From Thermoplasmata archaeon (GTDB lineage: Archaea; Thermoplasmatota; Thermoplasmata; Lutacidiplasmatales; UBA184): a DNA stretch of 64,000 nucleotides. The notes beneath the pieces were generated by a model, which did not search any database, had not been told where the DNA came from, and saw only the letters and a program-made list of their open reading frames with translations. A program made the translations under genes and the position numbers. This document shows positions 56,059 through 64,000 of the stretch, one piece after another; within the stretch, counting starts at the first letter, position 1, and every line of letters begins with the position of its first letter. The stretch covers positions 68,427 through 132,426 of the forward strand of contig JAKAUN010000004.1 in assembly GCA_021817605.1 (NCBI GenBank), written 5' to 3'.

Positions 56059-56337
56059 ATGGTGACGGTCGAGGTCGCCCACGAGAAGTGCACCGGATGC
56101 AGCCACTGCCGCGACGTCTGCCCGGTGACGGTCTTCGAGATGCAGCCGCGGGAGAACTGGCCCAACGTCATCGACGACCCGACGGTGGCGGCCAAGTTCC
56201 AGTTCCGCGCGGAGAAGTCCGCGGTCATCCACGGGCCGGACTGCATCATGTGCGAGGCCTGCCTCTTCGAGTGCGAAGGCGAGTGCATCACCATCGTCGA
56301 CGACGAAGGCACGACCCACCAGTCGACCTACAAGTAA
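56059..56337 (+). CDS. small 4Fe-4S ferredoxin-domain protein
   Basis: Contains CTGCSHCRDVCP plus CIMCEACLFECEGEC. Start chosen at ATG 56059 (MVTVEVAHEKC). The track starts at TTG 56044. Confidence 0.7.
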   Translation: MVTVEVAHEKCTGCSHCRDVCPVTVFEMQPRENWPNVIDDPTVAAKFQFRAEKSAVIHGPDCIMCEACLFECEGECITIVDDEGTTHQSTYK

Positions 56338-56373
56338 CGTGGCCCGTTCGGGCCTTCGGGTCCCTTCGCGGCG

Positions 56374-57357
56374 CTAGATCGCGCGGCGAAGCGGGCGGTA
56401 GAACGCCGAGCGCACCTCGGCGGCTCCGCCGCCCGAGGGGAAGCGGACCTTCACCGCCGCCGACCTCCCGAACATGGTGAACTCGAGCGAGTACCAGACG
56501 GCCGTCCAGCTCCCCCCCGCGTCCTGGAACGCCTCGCCGAAGTGGTAGGTCGACTCGATCATGCGGTTCGCCTTCCGGGCGAGCGGGTAGGCCCAGTCGA
56601 GCGCTTCGGCCTCGTTGGACGGCGCGCCGGCGTGCTCGGAGGACTCCAGCGAGCCTTCGACGCGGAACGGCCCGGCGACCACCCCGCGGCCGAGCGTGTA
56701 GCGGGCCCAGCTGGTCCTCACGCGCTCGTTCTCGACCTTCTCGGAGAGGACCAGCCAGGTGAGCGGGCTCGAGGTAGGGACGACGCGGTCGAACTCGCCG
56801 AGGGAACGGAGCTTGCGTCCCATCTTGAGGCGGCCGAAGAGGCGCAGGAAGAAGTAGGCCCCGAAGAACGCCATCAGTACCCAGACGGTGACGAGGTAGT
56901 ACTCGAACGGGACGTGGTTACGCTCGACGCCGAGAAGGAGGTAGAACGACGCGACCGAGACCCCGAGGGTGAGGAAGTTGATCGCCCGGTCGGCGTCCAG
57001 CTCGAGCCGTCGGTCGGAGAACGGAAGGAGCGGCGGGACGGAGAAGTGGGTGAAGCCGTCCATGGCGACATGCGCGAGGCCCCCGGCCTCGAGGACGAGG
57101 AAGTAGACGAGCGGCGAACCCGGGGCGAGCAGCGGGGCGACCAGGCAGCCGACCCCGGCGACCACGCTCACGCCGAAGATCGAGTGGGTGATCCCGTGGT
57201 GGCGCAGTATCGGGAAGCGGCGCGCGAGCGGGAAGAAGATGGCGTCGCCGTCCGGGAGCCCGCCGGCGAGGGCTCCGGCAGCGAGGTACTGCGGATGGAA
57301 GCCGACCAGCCCGTAGGCGAGGAGATAGGCGACCAAGACGTGCGTGAAGAGGTCCAC
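56374..57357 (-). CDS. membrane-bound metal-dependent hydrolase (DUF457/YdjM-like)
   Basis: The N-terminus MDLFTHVLVAYLL with conserved His/Asp in TM helices (GITHSIFG, AHVAMDGFTH). Confidence 0.7.
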   Translation of the reverse strand: MDLFTHVLVAYLLAYGLVGFHPQYLAAGALAGGLPDGDAIFFPLARRFPILRHHGITHSIFGVSVVAGVGCLVAPLLAPGSPLVYFLVLEAGGLAHVAMDGFTHFSVPPLLPFSDRRLELDADRAINFLTLGVSVASFYLLLGVERNHVPFEYYLVTVWVLMAFFGAYFFLRLFGRLKMGRKLRSLGEFDRVVPTSSPLTWLVLSEKVENERVRTSWARYTLGRGVVAGPFRVEGSLESSEHAGAPSNEAEALDWAYPLARKANRMIESTYHFGEAFQDAGGSWTAVWYSLEFTMFGRSAAVKVRFPSGGGAAEVRSAFYRPLRRAI

Positions 57358-57376
57358 GGCCCTCCACCGCGGTGGG

Positions 57377-57643
57377 CTACAGGAGCCCTTCTTCCATCAC
57401 TTCGACCGACTCGACCTCGGGAAGTCGAGCGAGGGCGTTCTCGGTCGACTCGAGGACGCCGCCGGTGTCGTCCATGACGACCGAGACGAGCAGCGACTTG
57501 AGGCCGAAGGCGATGTCCTTCACCTGGGTGCCGCGGACGGTGACGCCGGTCGGGACCGAGGAGCGCACCTGGCGCTCGATCGCCGCGACATCCGTCTCCA
57601 CGCCCTTCGGCATCAGCCGAAAGAGCACCGCGACCCGACCCAT
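57377..57643 (-). CDS. ef1b: translation elongation factor 1-beta (aEF-1beta)
   Basis: The 88-aa sequence MGRVAVLFRLMPKGVETDVAAIERQV...IAFGLKSLLVSVVMDD...VESVEV matches archaeal EF-1beta. The upstream part of the ORF-track entry is artefact. Confidence 0.8.
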   Translation of the reverse strand: MGRVAVLFRLMPKGVETDVAAIERQVRSSVPTGVTVRGTQVKDIAFGLKSLLVSVVMDDTGGVLESTENALARLPEVESVEVMEEGLL

Positions 57644-57657
57644 CGACCCGACCCGTC

Positions 57658-57828
57658 CTACGGCCCGTCGAAGCCGCACTTCGGACAGTGGTAGAGCACG
57701 CTCTGGTCCCGGCAACGCTGGCAGCGCCCGATGCTCGCCTCGCCGCAGGACGGGCAGAGGAACTGCGTCGCTCCCGGGCCGGGGATCGTCCGACCGCAGG
57801 AGGTGCACTTGAGCTCGGCCCTTGGCAT
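57658..57828 (-). CDS. Zn-ribbon protein (COG2888-like, four CxxC; typical upstream partner of ef1b in archaea), 56 aa
   Basis: Hand-translated as [56 protein letters not shown]. Not in the ORF track (below 60 aa). Ends 14 nt before ef1b. Confidence 0.65.
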   Translation of the reverse strand: MPRAELKCTSCGRTIPGPGATQFLCPSCGEASIGRCQRCRDQSVLYHCPKCGFDGP

Positions 57829-57867
57829 GCTATTCTCCGTTCCGCGACGGCCCGAGGGGAAAGCGCC

Positions 57868-58686
57868 TCAGCGCCGCCCCGAGCCGCGACGGCGCGCGGC
57901 CACTCGGGTGGCGAATATAAAGAGTGCTCCGAAGAACGCGACCGTCCCGGCGGCATACCAGAGGGCGTTGTTGGGCGGAGCGCCGGCCACGTAGAACGTC
58001 GCGCTGACCGTCGAGCGGCCCCCGCTGAACGACACGAGGCCGTGCTCGTCGGCGACCGAGAGCTCGAAGGTGTGGTGGCCGGCGGCGAGGCTGCCGGACG
58101 GGTAGCGGAACGTGACCGTGTAGCTTTGCAGGGCGTTGAGCCCGGGGACCGAGACGTTGCCGATCAGACGGCCGTCCAGCGTCACGAGGACCTTGAACGG
58201 CATGACGGCGTTCGGGCCGGCGTTGAGCTTCGCCGAGACGATGTACGGCGTGAGGACGCTCACCGAGTCGGTGACGTTCGCGTAGCTCTTCTGCGTGCCG
58301 AAGAGCGAAGTGAGGTGGAGCTCGAGGGTCACCGTCTCGGCGAACTTGCCGACCGTGAGCGTGACCGTCGCGGCGCTCCCGTTCTTGAACGTCCCGTTCG
58401 ACGGGTTCACGGAGACCCCCGTGAGGTCGACCGCCGAGAGGGTCACGCTCCAGGTGATCTTGCCGATGAACTTGCCGAACTGCACCGCCACCCCGCCGCT
58501 CCCGTTCAGCGTGTAGGTGCCGTTGGTGTTGAGGGCGAGCTCGCTCGGACCCCGGATCTGGCCGGTGAGCGGCGGGGACGAGGAAGTCGTCGAGGGGACG
58601 GCTTGGGCGTGGGCGGGGGGAGCCAGCGAGAGCACACCGGTGAGCAAAAGCGCGACCAGGCCGAGCGCGAGGAGCGTCGGCCTCAT
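57868..58686 (-). CDS. secreted, C-terminally membrane-anchored beta-sandwich glycoprotein candidate (Sec signal peptide, multiple N-glycosylation sequons)
   Basis: Start ATG 58686 (MRPTLLALGLVALLLTGVLSLAPPAHA/QA) overlaps the aglB stop (ATGA at 58683-58686). Sequons NGT, NGS, NGT, NGS, NVT, NVS. The C-terminus LWYAAGTVAFFGALFIFATRVAARRRGSGRR is a TM helix plus a basic tail. Confidence 0.6.
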   Translation of the reverse strand: MRPTLLALGLVALLLTGVLSLAPPAHAQAVPSTTSSSPPLTGQIRGPSELALNTNGTYTLNGSGGVAVQFGKFIGKITWSVTLSAVDLTGVSVNPSNGTFKNGSAATVTLTVGKFAETVTLELHLTSLFGTQKSYANVTDSVSVLTPYIVSAKLNAGPNAVMPFKVLVTLDGRLIGNVSVPGLNALQSYTVTFRYPSGSLAAGHHTFELSVADEHGLVSFSGGRSTVSATFYVAGAPPNNALWYAAGTVAFFGALFIFATRVAARRRGSGRR

Positions 58687-61600
58687 CTCCGCACCCACCT
58701 GCGGGTCTTCCACCAGCGGCGGACCGAGAGCCCCACCGCGAGCGCTATCGCGGGGAGGAACGAGACCACCGGCACGAACCAGTCCGGGAGGGTGGGTGGG
58801 CCGCCGGCGATCGACGGGCCGGTGACCGTCACCGGACCGCTCGTCGCGAGGGAGGCGGTCGGCACCTTGAGCGTGAGGACCGAGGCGATCGACCCGCTCG
58901 CGTTCTCCACCGTCGCCTCGACCGTCACCGACCCCGGCGGGAGGGCGACCGACCGGTTGGCGCTGAGGTTGACCGTCACCGTGTCGTTCGCCCCCGCGGC
59001 CAGGCTGACGAGTCCGCTCGACGGCAGGGGCCGGCCCGCGACCAGGATGCTGGTCCTCCAGCCAAGCGTGGCGAGCCGCGCGGTGTTGACCACGGAGAGG
59101 TTCGCCGTCTCGAGGACGTTACCGGTGTTGATGAGGGAGAAGGCGACGATCGCGGCCCGGGGCCCGACGTGGGCGAGCTGGGAGGCGAAGTGTGCCGCCC
59201 GTATCCCGAAGTAGCTGAACACCTGGACCGTCGGTGCCGGACTCACCGACCCCGCGACGGTCCCGTTCGCAAGCTCGAAGGTGATCGCCACCGGCGCATG
59301 CGCCACGAACGTCCCCTTCGGGACCTTGAGGACGACCTCCCCGGCGTAGGCGGGGCCGCCCGGGGCCAGGGTCACGTTCGAGAAGGAGAAGTTGAAGCCC
59401 CAGGAGGACGGCGAGCCGACAGGGTGGACGGTCACGGGGACGTTGCCGGAGTCGCTGAGCGAGAACGAGAAGCTCGCGTAGCCGCCGACCGGGACGCTCA
59501 CCGAGCTGCTGCCAACCAGAGCGGCGCTCACCGTCGAGGAGGCAGGCACGGCGAGGAGGAGCGGAACGATGGCGTTGCCGTTCAGGAGGGCGACGGAGGC
59601 TCTGGCGCTCGCCGTCCCGGCGACACCGTTGAGGCTTCCCGGGGCCACCGCGGAAACGGTGTAGGTGCCGAGCGGAACGGGCAGGCTCACCGACGTGCCC
59701 ACGGGCACCCCGACAAAGAGTGTCCGGTTGCCGAAGGCGTCCTGGACCGTCACGTTCGCGAGGCCCTGGGTCTGCGTCCCGCCGCTCGCGACCGAGACCG
59801 GTAGGGTGAGCGACCAGGTCGGGCCGAGGGCGATCGAGGGGACGGGGGCGTTCGGAAGCGCGAGCAGCCGGCCGAAACCGGCGAGGTTCGCCGTCGAGGT
59901 CGCTTCGGCGTAGACGTAGTAGGCCCCCGGGGCGAGCTCGGCCGAGAAGGAGCCCAGCGTCGCCGGCACGACGGTGACGTTGTCGCTCGGGTATGGCCCG
60001 ACCAGCCGCACGACCCCGGAGAGGAGCGTGGGAAGGCCGGCGCTGGTGAGCCTTCCGTGGACGGCCAGCGGCGGGACCGAGCCGACCATCGTGATGCGGC
60101 AGGAGCTTGCGTTCGCGGTGAACGTGCAGCTAGCCCCCGGTACCGGGCTCCAGCGCTCGGTGAAGCTCCCGTTCGGCCCGCTCGTCACGGAGCTAAAGTT
60201 GGCCTGGAACGCGTAGCTCCCCGGAGGAAGGAAACCGGAGAACGTGCCGCTGCCGACGGTGACCACCGTGGTAACGCCGCCCGAGCCACGGAGCGTCGCG
60301 CGTCCGCCCAGCGTGAGGGCCGTGCCCGCCGTGTCGACCAGGGTACCGCGGACCTTGACCCCCGTAGCGGAGAGGACGAGCTTCGGAGTGATCGCGCCGT
60401 TGGCGGCGACCGTCACCCGGGTGAGGTTGACGTAGTGGACCGAACCGACGGTGGTCGACACCGTCGCGGTGTAGTTGGCCGGGGTCGCCCGGAAGCTCGT
60501 GGTGAAGGCGGTCCCGTTGACCGAGACGTTGAGCAGGCTCGAGGTCAGGTTCACGGTCGTGCCGGCGAGAGTCGCCCCGGTCGGCAGGACGAGCCGCCCG
60601 GAGGCGTTGATCTCGGGGATGAGGGTGAGCGTGAGGTTCGAATACGTCGCCCCAAGCGGGATCGTCGTCGAGAGCACGCTCGACGGGAGGTAGACGGTCG
60701 TCCCGTTTCCGATGACGGCACTCGCGCCCACACCGTAGACCCCCGGGGGCAGCGAGAGCGAGAAGAGCGGTCCCCCGACCAGGGTGAGGTTGACTGCCGT
60801 CGGCGACTTGCCGGTGAAGTTGACCGTGACGTTGGTCCCCTTGGGAAGGCCGAGGACCTTGAGCGTGACCGCGACCGGGTTGATCTTGAGGTCGTAGAGG
60901 GAGAGCTGGGCGAGGGCGGTGGGCGACCAGCCGCAGGTCGTGTTCTGCGCGAAGCCGAAGGTCGTGATGTTCACGCAGTAGCCGGTGGACGAGCCGGGCG
61001 GCACGGCGGGCAGAACCAGCCCGGTCGCTCCGTTGACGCCGCTCACCATGCTCTCGAACGGCCCGCCGGGGCCCGCGGAGACGACGACCTCGGCACCCTC
61101 GGTCCCCGCGAACGTCGCGTGGGGGCCGGGAGCGCCGACGGCAAAGTGCGTCGTGACCGCGTTCTGGAGCTGGAGATGGACGGAGGTGGACGGCTCTGCC
61201 ACGGCGACGCTCGCCAGCGCCACGAGCGAGGTGCTCCCCGTGGTCGAGGTCCCGTGGACCGAGGCGAAGCTGTAGGAACCCGCCGGCAGCCAGATCTGCG
61301 CGGTCTCGTTGGCCGCCGCCCAGCTCAGCAGCTGGAAGCCGTTGCTCGCGTAGACGATGACCGCCGTCCGGCTCGCGTTGCTCGGCCCCAGCTCTCCTCC
61401 GACGGTGACGGTGACGGGCACGGCGGGAGACAGGGGGATCGGGAACGGCCCGATCGACGCGCCGGGAAAGACCGTGAGGAGGGTGTAGCCGGTGACCCTT
61501 TCGCCGTTGACGAGGCCCAGCGCGTAGACCCCGTAGGTGCCCGGGTCGAGAGTGAGGCTGGCGAAGCCGGTGGGACCGGTCGTGGCGAGCGCCCCGGTGG

Positions 61601-64000
61601 CGGTCGCCGCCTCGAGCGTGGCGACACCGCTCAAACTACCGTTGACAAGCCCCGAGATCGGGACGAAACGGACGGGAACGGAGGCCACGCCGACGCCGTT
61701 GAAGCTGAGCTGGACGGAGACCGAGCCGCGAGAGGCGAGCTGGAGGTTCACCGAGACGAGCCCGCCGCTTGCGTTCAGGGTGACCGGCACGGTGGCACTC
61801 CGCAGCGGGCTCCCCGGGAACGAGGCGTAGACGTGGTAGGCCCCTGGCGCGAGCCGACGCACGGAGAACCCTCCGGTGGAGCCGACCGTGGTGGTGGCGA
61901 CGACGCCGCTCGCGTTCGAGATCGTGACGGTCGCTCCGCTCGCCGGCGCGCCGTTCGAGTCGGTGACCTTGCCGGCGATGAGCCCGGGGTCGAGCCCCGC
62001 CGAGATGTTGGCGACGCCCCCGGGGGTGGCGTTGAGCGACGGCTGGGAGTAGCTGTTGCCGGCGTAGTTCACCGTCACGTTATAGACCTGGGGCGGGACG
62101 TCCGTGAACTGGTAGCTGCCGCTCGGGTCGGTGATCCCCGTGAGGACGGGAGAGCCGCCGACCCCGGTCAGGACGACCTTGGCCCCGTTCAGGACCGGGT
62201 CGACATGCGGGATGAAGGTCGAGTTGTTCCCGACGTTGAAGTAGACGAGGGCGTTCACCTGGGCCGAGCGCATCTGGAAGGTCCGGACCATCGGCGCGGC
62301 GTTGAGCGAGAAGCCGACCGAGGCCGGCACCGTGAGGTTGACCGTGGAGAGTACGTTCGCGTCCCCTTGGCTCCTCTTGTCGAAGGGTCCCGAGGTGAAG
62401 TTGAGCGTGTCGTTGCCCGGCGGGAGGACGAGCGAGAAGGTGCCGTCCGCCGTCGTGACCGCGGTCATGTGCGGGATCCCCGAGCCGTCGTAGACGGTCA
62501 CGCGGATCCCCGAGGCCGGCGTGCCGGACGGGGTCCTGACGGTGCCGAGGAGCGGCTCGCCGGCATAGTAGGCCAGGATCGCCTCGCCGCCCTGGAAGAA
62601 CGACGTCGCGCTCGTGTCCGCGGAGCCGTTGGTCTTGTTCGCTATCTGCTCGGCTGTAGGCAGGTTGGTGGGCACGTAGCAGCTCGACGAGGGAGACGGG
62701 TTCGACTGGTAGGGGCACACGTAGGCGGTCCGGTAGACGACCTCGAAGTGCTGGAGCATCCAGCCGGGCATGAGAGGGTCGCTCTGCGCGGACCCCGTGA
62801 GCCCGGGGATCCCGCTGGACTGGCCCACGTCGGTGCCGTTGTAGCCGATGTAGATCCGATAGAGCATCGAGCGGTAGAACGGCGAGGAATAGTTGATGTT
62901 GTAGCGGACCGCCGTCACGCCGGCGGGCAACTGGCCGAGGGGGTAGACGTTGTTGTCCGAGCCGAGAATGCTCACGTTGAAGAACGTTGTCGGGATCCCC
63001 GAGGAGCTGATCACCCGTCCGGTGAGGTCGGCGGGCGCGTAGAAGATCCCGGTGTTCGAGCCGGAGAAGGGGAACAGGCGGCTGTCGACCATCGCGTAGC
63101 GGATCGACCAGCCGGTAAAGGCCTGGATGTCGTCGTAGGCCTTGGAGACCTGCGAGAGCGAGAGCGTCCCGGCGAGGTAGTGGGAGACGGCCAGGTACAT
63201 CGCGTTGTCGAGACTGAGGGTCGAGGGGTTGACAGGCAGGTAGACCGCGGGATGGTGGACGACCGTCTGGTAGTCGGAGGCCTCGTTCGTGAGCAGGCGG
63301 TTGAGGATGGTGACGTTCACCCCGTCCGCGGCGAGGATCGTGTCGAGAGCGGAAGGGAGGCTGGTCGAGCGCGTCTCTTGCAGCTCCCCCTGGAGGAGGG
63401 TCGTCGACAGGATCGAGATGGCGAGCGACTCGTTCTGGGAGAGCAGGAACTGCCCGGCGGGGTCGATCCCGTTCTGGAAGTTATCGGCGACGCTCGGATG
63501 CTGGCCCTGGTCGATCGCCTGGAAGCCGTAGTCCCACCAGCTGATGAAAGCCGGACGTTTGGGCTCGGGTACGTTGGTGTCCTGAGAGGCGAGCCAGTTG
63601 TAGGCGGCGCTGTCGTACTGGTTCGGCGTGTCGAGCGCCGAGCCCGCCGCCCCGAGGTAGTTCGAGCCCGGGGCCGAGGCGTTGAGCTTGAGCCAGGTGG
63701 GGATCGTGTTGTTGATCTCCGTGGCCAACTGGCCCTTGTTGTTGGCGGGAATCCCCGCGTCGATCGCCACCCAGATGTTCGGGAGAACGAGACCGACGAC
63801 CAGGACGAGGACGAGGACGTGGCGCGCCTTGAACGACTTGCGGAAGGCGGCGAAACGGCTCCCGCGGTCGGCGAGCGAAGCGACGTTCCGGCGGAGCTTG
63901 GGGTAGCTGCCGACGTCGAGCGCCCGGCGGATCGCCTCTCCCGAGAGGAGAGCAAACGCCGGGGTCCCGACCAGGAAGAACTTGGTCGCCGAGATCGGAA
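58683..64000 (-). CDS. aglB: oligosaccharyltransferase AglB/STT3 (5' end beyond window), giant form with ~1300-aa C-terminal extension of beta-sandwich (carboxypeptidase-regulatory-like) repeats and C-terminal TM anchor
   Basis: WWDYGFQAI...SVADNFQNGIDPAGQFLLSQNE matches the AglB catalytic motif (WWDYG) and downstream region. The ORF-track start (GTG 63770) lies inside the gene. The same frame is open to the window edge, reading ...KFFLVGTPAFALLSGEAIRRALDVGSYPKLRRN...KARHVLVLVLVVGLVLPNIWVAIDAGIP (the last TM helix of the STT3 membrane domain). The C-terminal ~1300 aa contain repeated GT...DG.F... beta-sandwich modules and many sequons. The tail DWFVPVVSFLPAIALAVGLSVRRWWKTRRWVRR is a TM anchor. 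Confidence 0.85.
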   Translation of the reverse strand, partial: PISATKFFLVGTPAFALLSGEAIRRALDVGSYPKLRRNVASLADRGSRFAAFRKSFKARHVLVLVLVVGLVLPNIWVAIDAGIPANNKGQLATEINNTIPTWLKLNASAPGSNYLGAAGSALDTPNQYDSAAYNWLASQDTNVPEPKRPAFISWWDYGFQAIDQGQHPSVADNFQNGIDPAGQFLLSQNESLAISILSTTLLQGELQETRSTSLPSALDTILAADGVNVTILNRLLTNEASDYQTVVHHPAVYLPVNPSTLSLDNAMYLAVSHYLAGTLSLSQVSKAYDDIQAFTGWSIRYAMVDSRLFPFSGSNTGIFYAPADLTGRVISSSGIPTTFFNVSILGSDNNVYPLGQLPAGVTAVRYNINYSSPFYRSMLYRIYIGYNGTDVGQSSGIPGLTGSAQSDPLMPGWMLQHFEVVYRTAYVCPYQSNPSPSSSCYVPTNLPTAEQIANKTNGSADTSATSFFQGGEAILAYYAGEPLLGTVRTPSGTPASGIRVTVYDGSGIPHMTAVTTADGTFSLVLPPGNDTLNFTSGPFDKRSQGDANVLSTVNLTVPASVGFSLNAAPMVRTFQMRSAQVNALVYFNVGNNSTFIPHVDPVLNGAKVVLTGVGGSPVLTGITDPSGSYQFTDVPPQVYNVTVNYAGNSYSQPSLNATPGGVANISAGLDPGLIAGKVTDSNGAPASGATVTISNASGVVATTTVGSTGGFSVRRLAPGAYHVYASFPGSPLRSATVPVTLNASGGLVSVNLQLASRGSVSVQLSFNGVGVASVPVRFVPISGLVNGSLSGVATLEAATATGALATTGPTGFASLTLDPGTYGVYALGLVNGERVTGYTLLTVFPGASIGPFPIPLSPAVPVTVTVGGELGPSNASRTAVIVYASNGFQLLSWAAANETAQIWLPAGSYSFASVHGTSTTGSTSLVALASVAVAEPSTSVHLQLQNAVTTHFAVGAPGPHATFAGTEGAEVVVSAGPGGPFESMVSGVNGATGLVLPAVPPGSSTGYCVNITTFGFAQNTTCGWSPTALAQLSLYDLKINPVAVTLKVLGLPKGTNVTVNFTGKSPTAVNLTLVGGPLFSLSLPPGVYGVGASAVIGNGTTVYLPSSVLSTTIPLGATYSNLTLTLIPEINASGRLVLPTGATLAGTTVNLTSSLLNVSVNGTAFTTSFRATPANYTATVSTTVGSVHYVNLTRVTVAANGAITPKLVLSATGVKVRGTLVDTAGTALTLGGRATLRGSGGVTTVVTVGSGTFSGFLPPGSYAFQANFSSVTSGPNGSFTERWSPVPGASCTFTANASSCRITMVGSVPPLAVHGRLTSAGLPTLLSGVVRLVGPYPSDNVTVVPATLGSFSAELAPGAYYVYAEATSTANLAGFGRLLALPNAPVPSIALGPTWSLTLPVSVASGGTQTQGLANVTVQDAFGNRTLFVGVPVGTSVSLPVPLGTYTVSAVAPGSLNGVAGTASARASVALLNGNAIVPLLLAVPASSTVSAALVGSSSVSVPVGGYASFSFSLSDSGNVPVTVHPVGSPSSWGFNFSFSNVTLAPGGPAYAGEVVLKVPKGTFVAHAPVAITFELANGTVAGSVSPAPTVQVFSYFGIRAAHFASQLAHVGPRAAIVAFSLINTGNVLETANLSVVNTARLATLGWRTSILVAGRPLPSSGLVSLAAGANDTVTVNLSANRSVALPPGSVTVEATVENASGSIASVLTLKVPTASLATSGPVTVTGPSIAGGPPTLPDWFVPVVSFLPAIALAVGLSVRRWWKTRRWVRR

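Noticed and set aside
1-64000. CRISPR arrays, rRNA genes, IS elements and integrases, or prophage content (for example an integration next to tRNA-His)
   Set aside because: No regularly spaced direct repeats were seen. There is no transposase, integrase or recombinase-like ORF. No rRNA-like conserved stretches. tRNA-His is flanked by ordinary housekeeping genes.

Overview
High-GC (~68-70% by eye) archaeal chromosomal segment. Archaeal hallmarks: FEN-1, primase PriS, topoisomerase VI B/A, aEF-1beta, ribosomal L41e, AglB (WWDYG), class-III-signal-peptide pilins, a PAC2-family proteasome chaperone with a C-terminal HbYX motif, a RIO kinase-KH pair, and an aIF-2B-like protein. Coding is dense on both strands. 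Many genes are translationally coupled by ATGA or GTGA stop/start overlaps. Several starts appear leaderless, with TATA-like AT-rich boxes 25-40 nt upstream that stand out against the GC-rich background.

Layout:
- 1-1551: two tandem archaeal type IV pilin-like genes (minus strand).
- 1552-2006: an unusually long, relatively AT-rich leader carrying TGTTCGACAA repeats.
- 2007-3486: an RHH DNA-binding protein followed by a short, divergent FtsZ/tubulin-superfamily GTPase. This is my best candidate for a novel system.
- 4-19 kb: housekeeping genes (proteasome chaperone, FEN-1, FtcD-like plus RibD-C/DHFR-like reductase, VOC, cupin, DoxX, FAH, PriS, KH, RIO, NfeD-stomatin, and a nucleotidyltransferase with a coupled small ORF).
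- 19-26 kb: a cell-surface/glycosylation island (phosphoesterase; a Kelch-repeat surface protein interrupted by one in-frame TGA; GT4; a polytopic membrane GT-C-like protein; GT2).
- 27.1-39.7 kb: an 11-subunit complex I operon nuoABCDHIJKLMN with no nuoEFG. It continues without a break into a GGR-family reductase and a probable long-chain polyprenyl synthase.
- 41-44 kb: topoisomerase VI B/A and an aquaporin.
- 45-51 kb: L41e, sucCD, ZIP transporter, CoaBC, HAD.
- 51229-51333: a tRNA-His (GTG anticodon) carrying a ~30-nt insertion in the T-loop region.
- 52-57 kb: an aIF-2B-like ORF reading in frame into a thioredoxin, an alpha/beta hydrolase, AKR, ferredoxin.
- 57.4-64 kb (minus strand): a giant AglB oligosaccharyltransferase (more than 1770 aa, 5' end beyond the window) with roughly 1300 aa of extracellular beta-sandwich repeats and a C-terminal anchor. 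It is ATGA-coupled to a small anchored glycoprotein, then a Zn-ribbon and EF-1beta.

Three genes (DoxX, NuoL, AKR) have conserved N-terminal homology that extends upstream of any ATG/GTG/TTG. No CRISPR array, rRNA, transposase or integrase was seen. Many long ORFs on the strand opposite real genes are GC-skew artefacts and were ignored.
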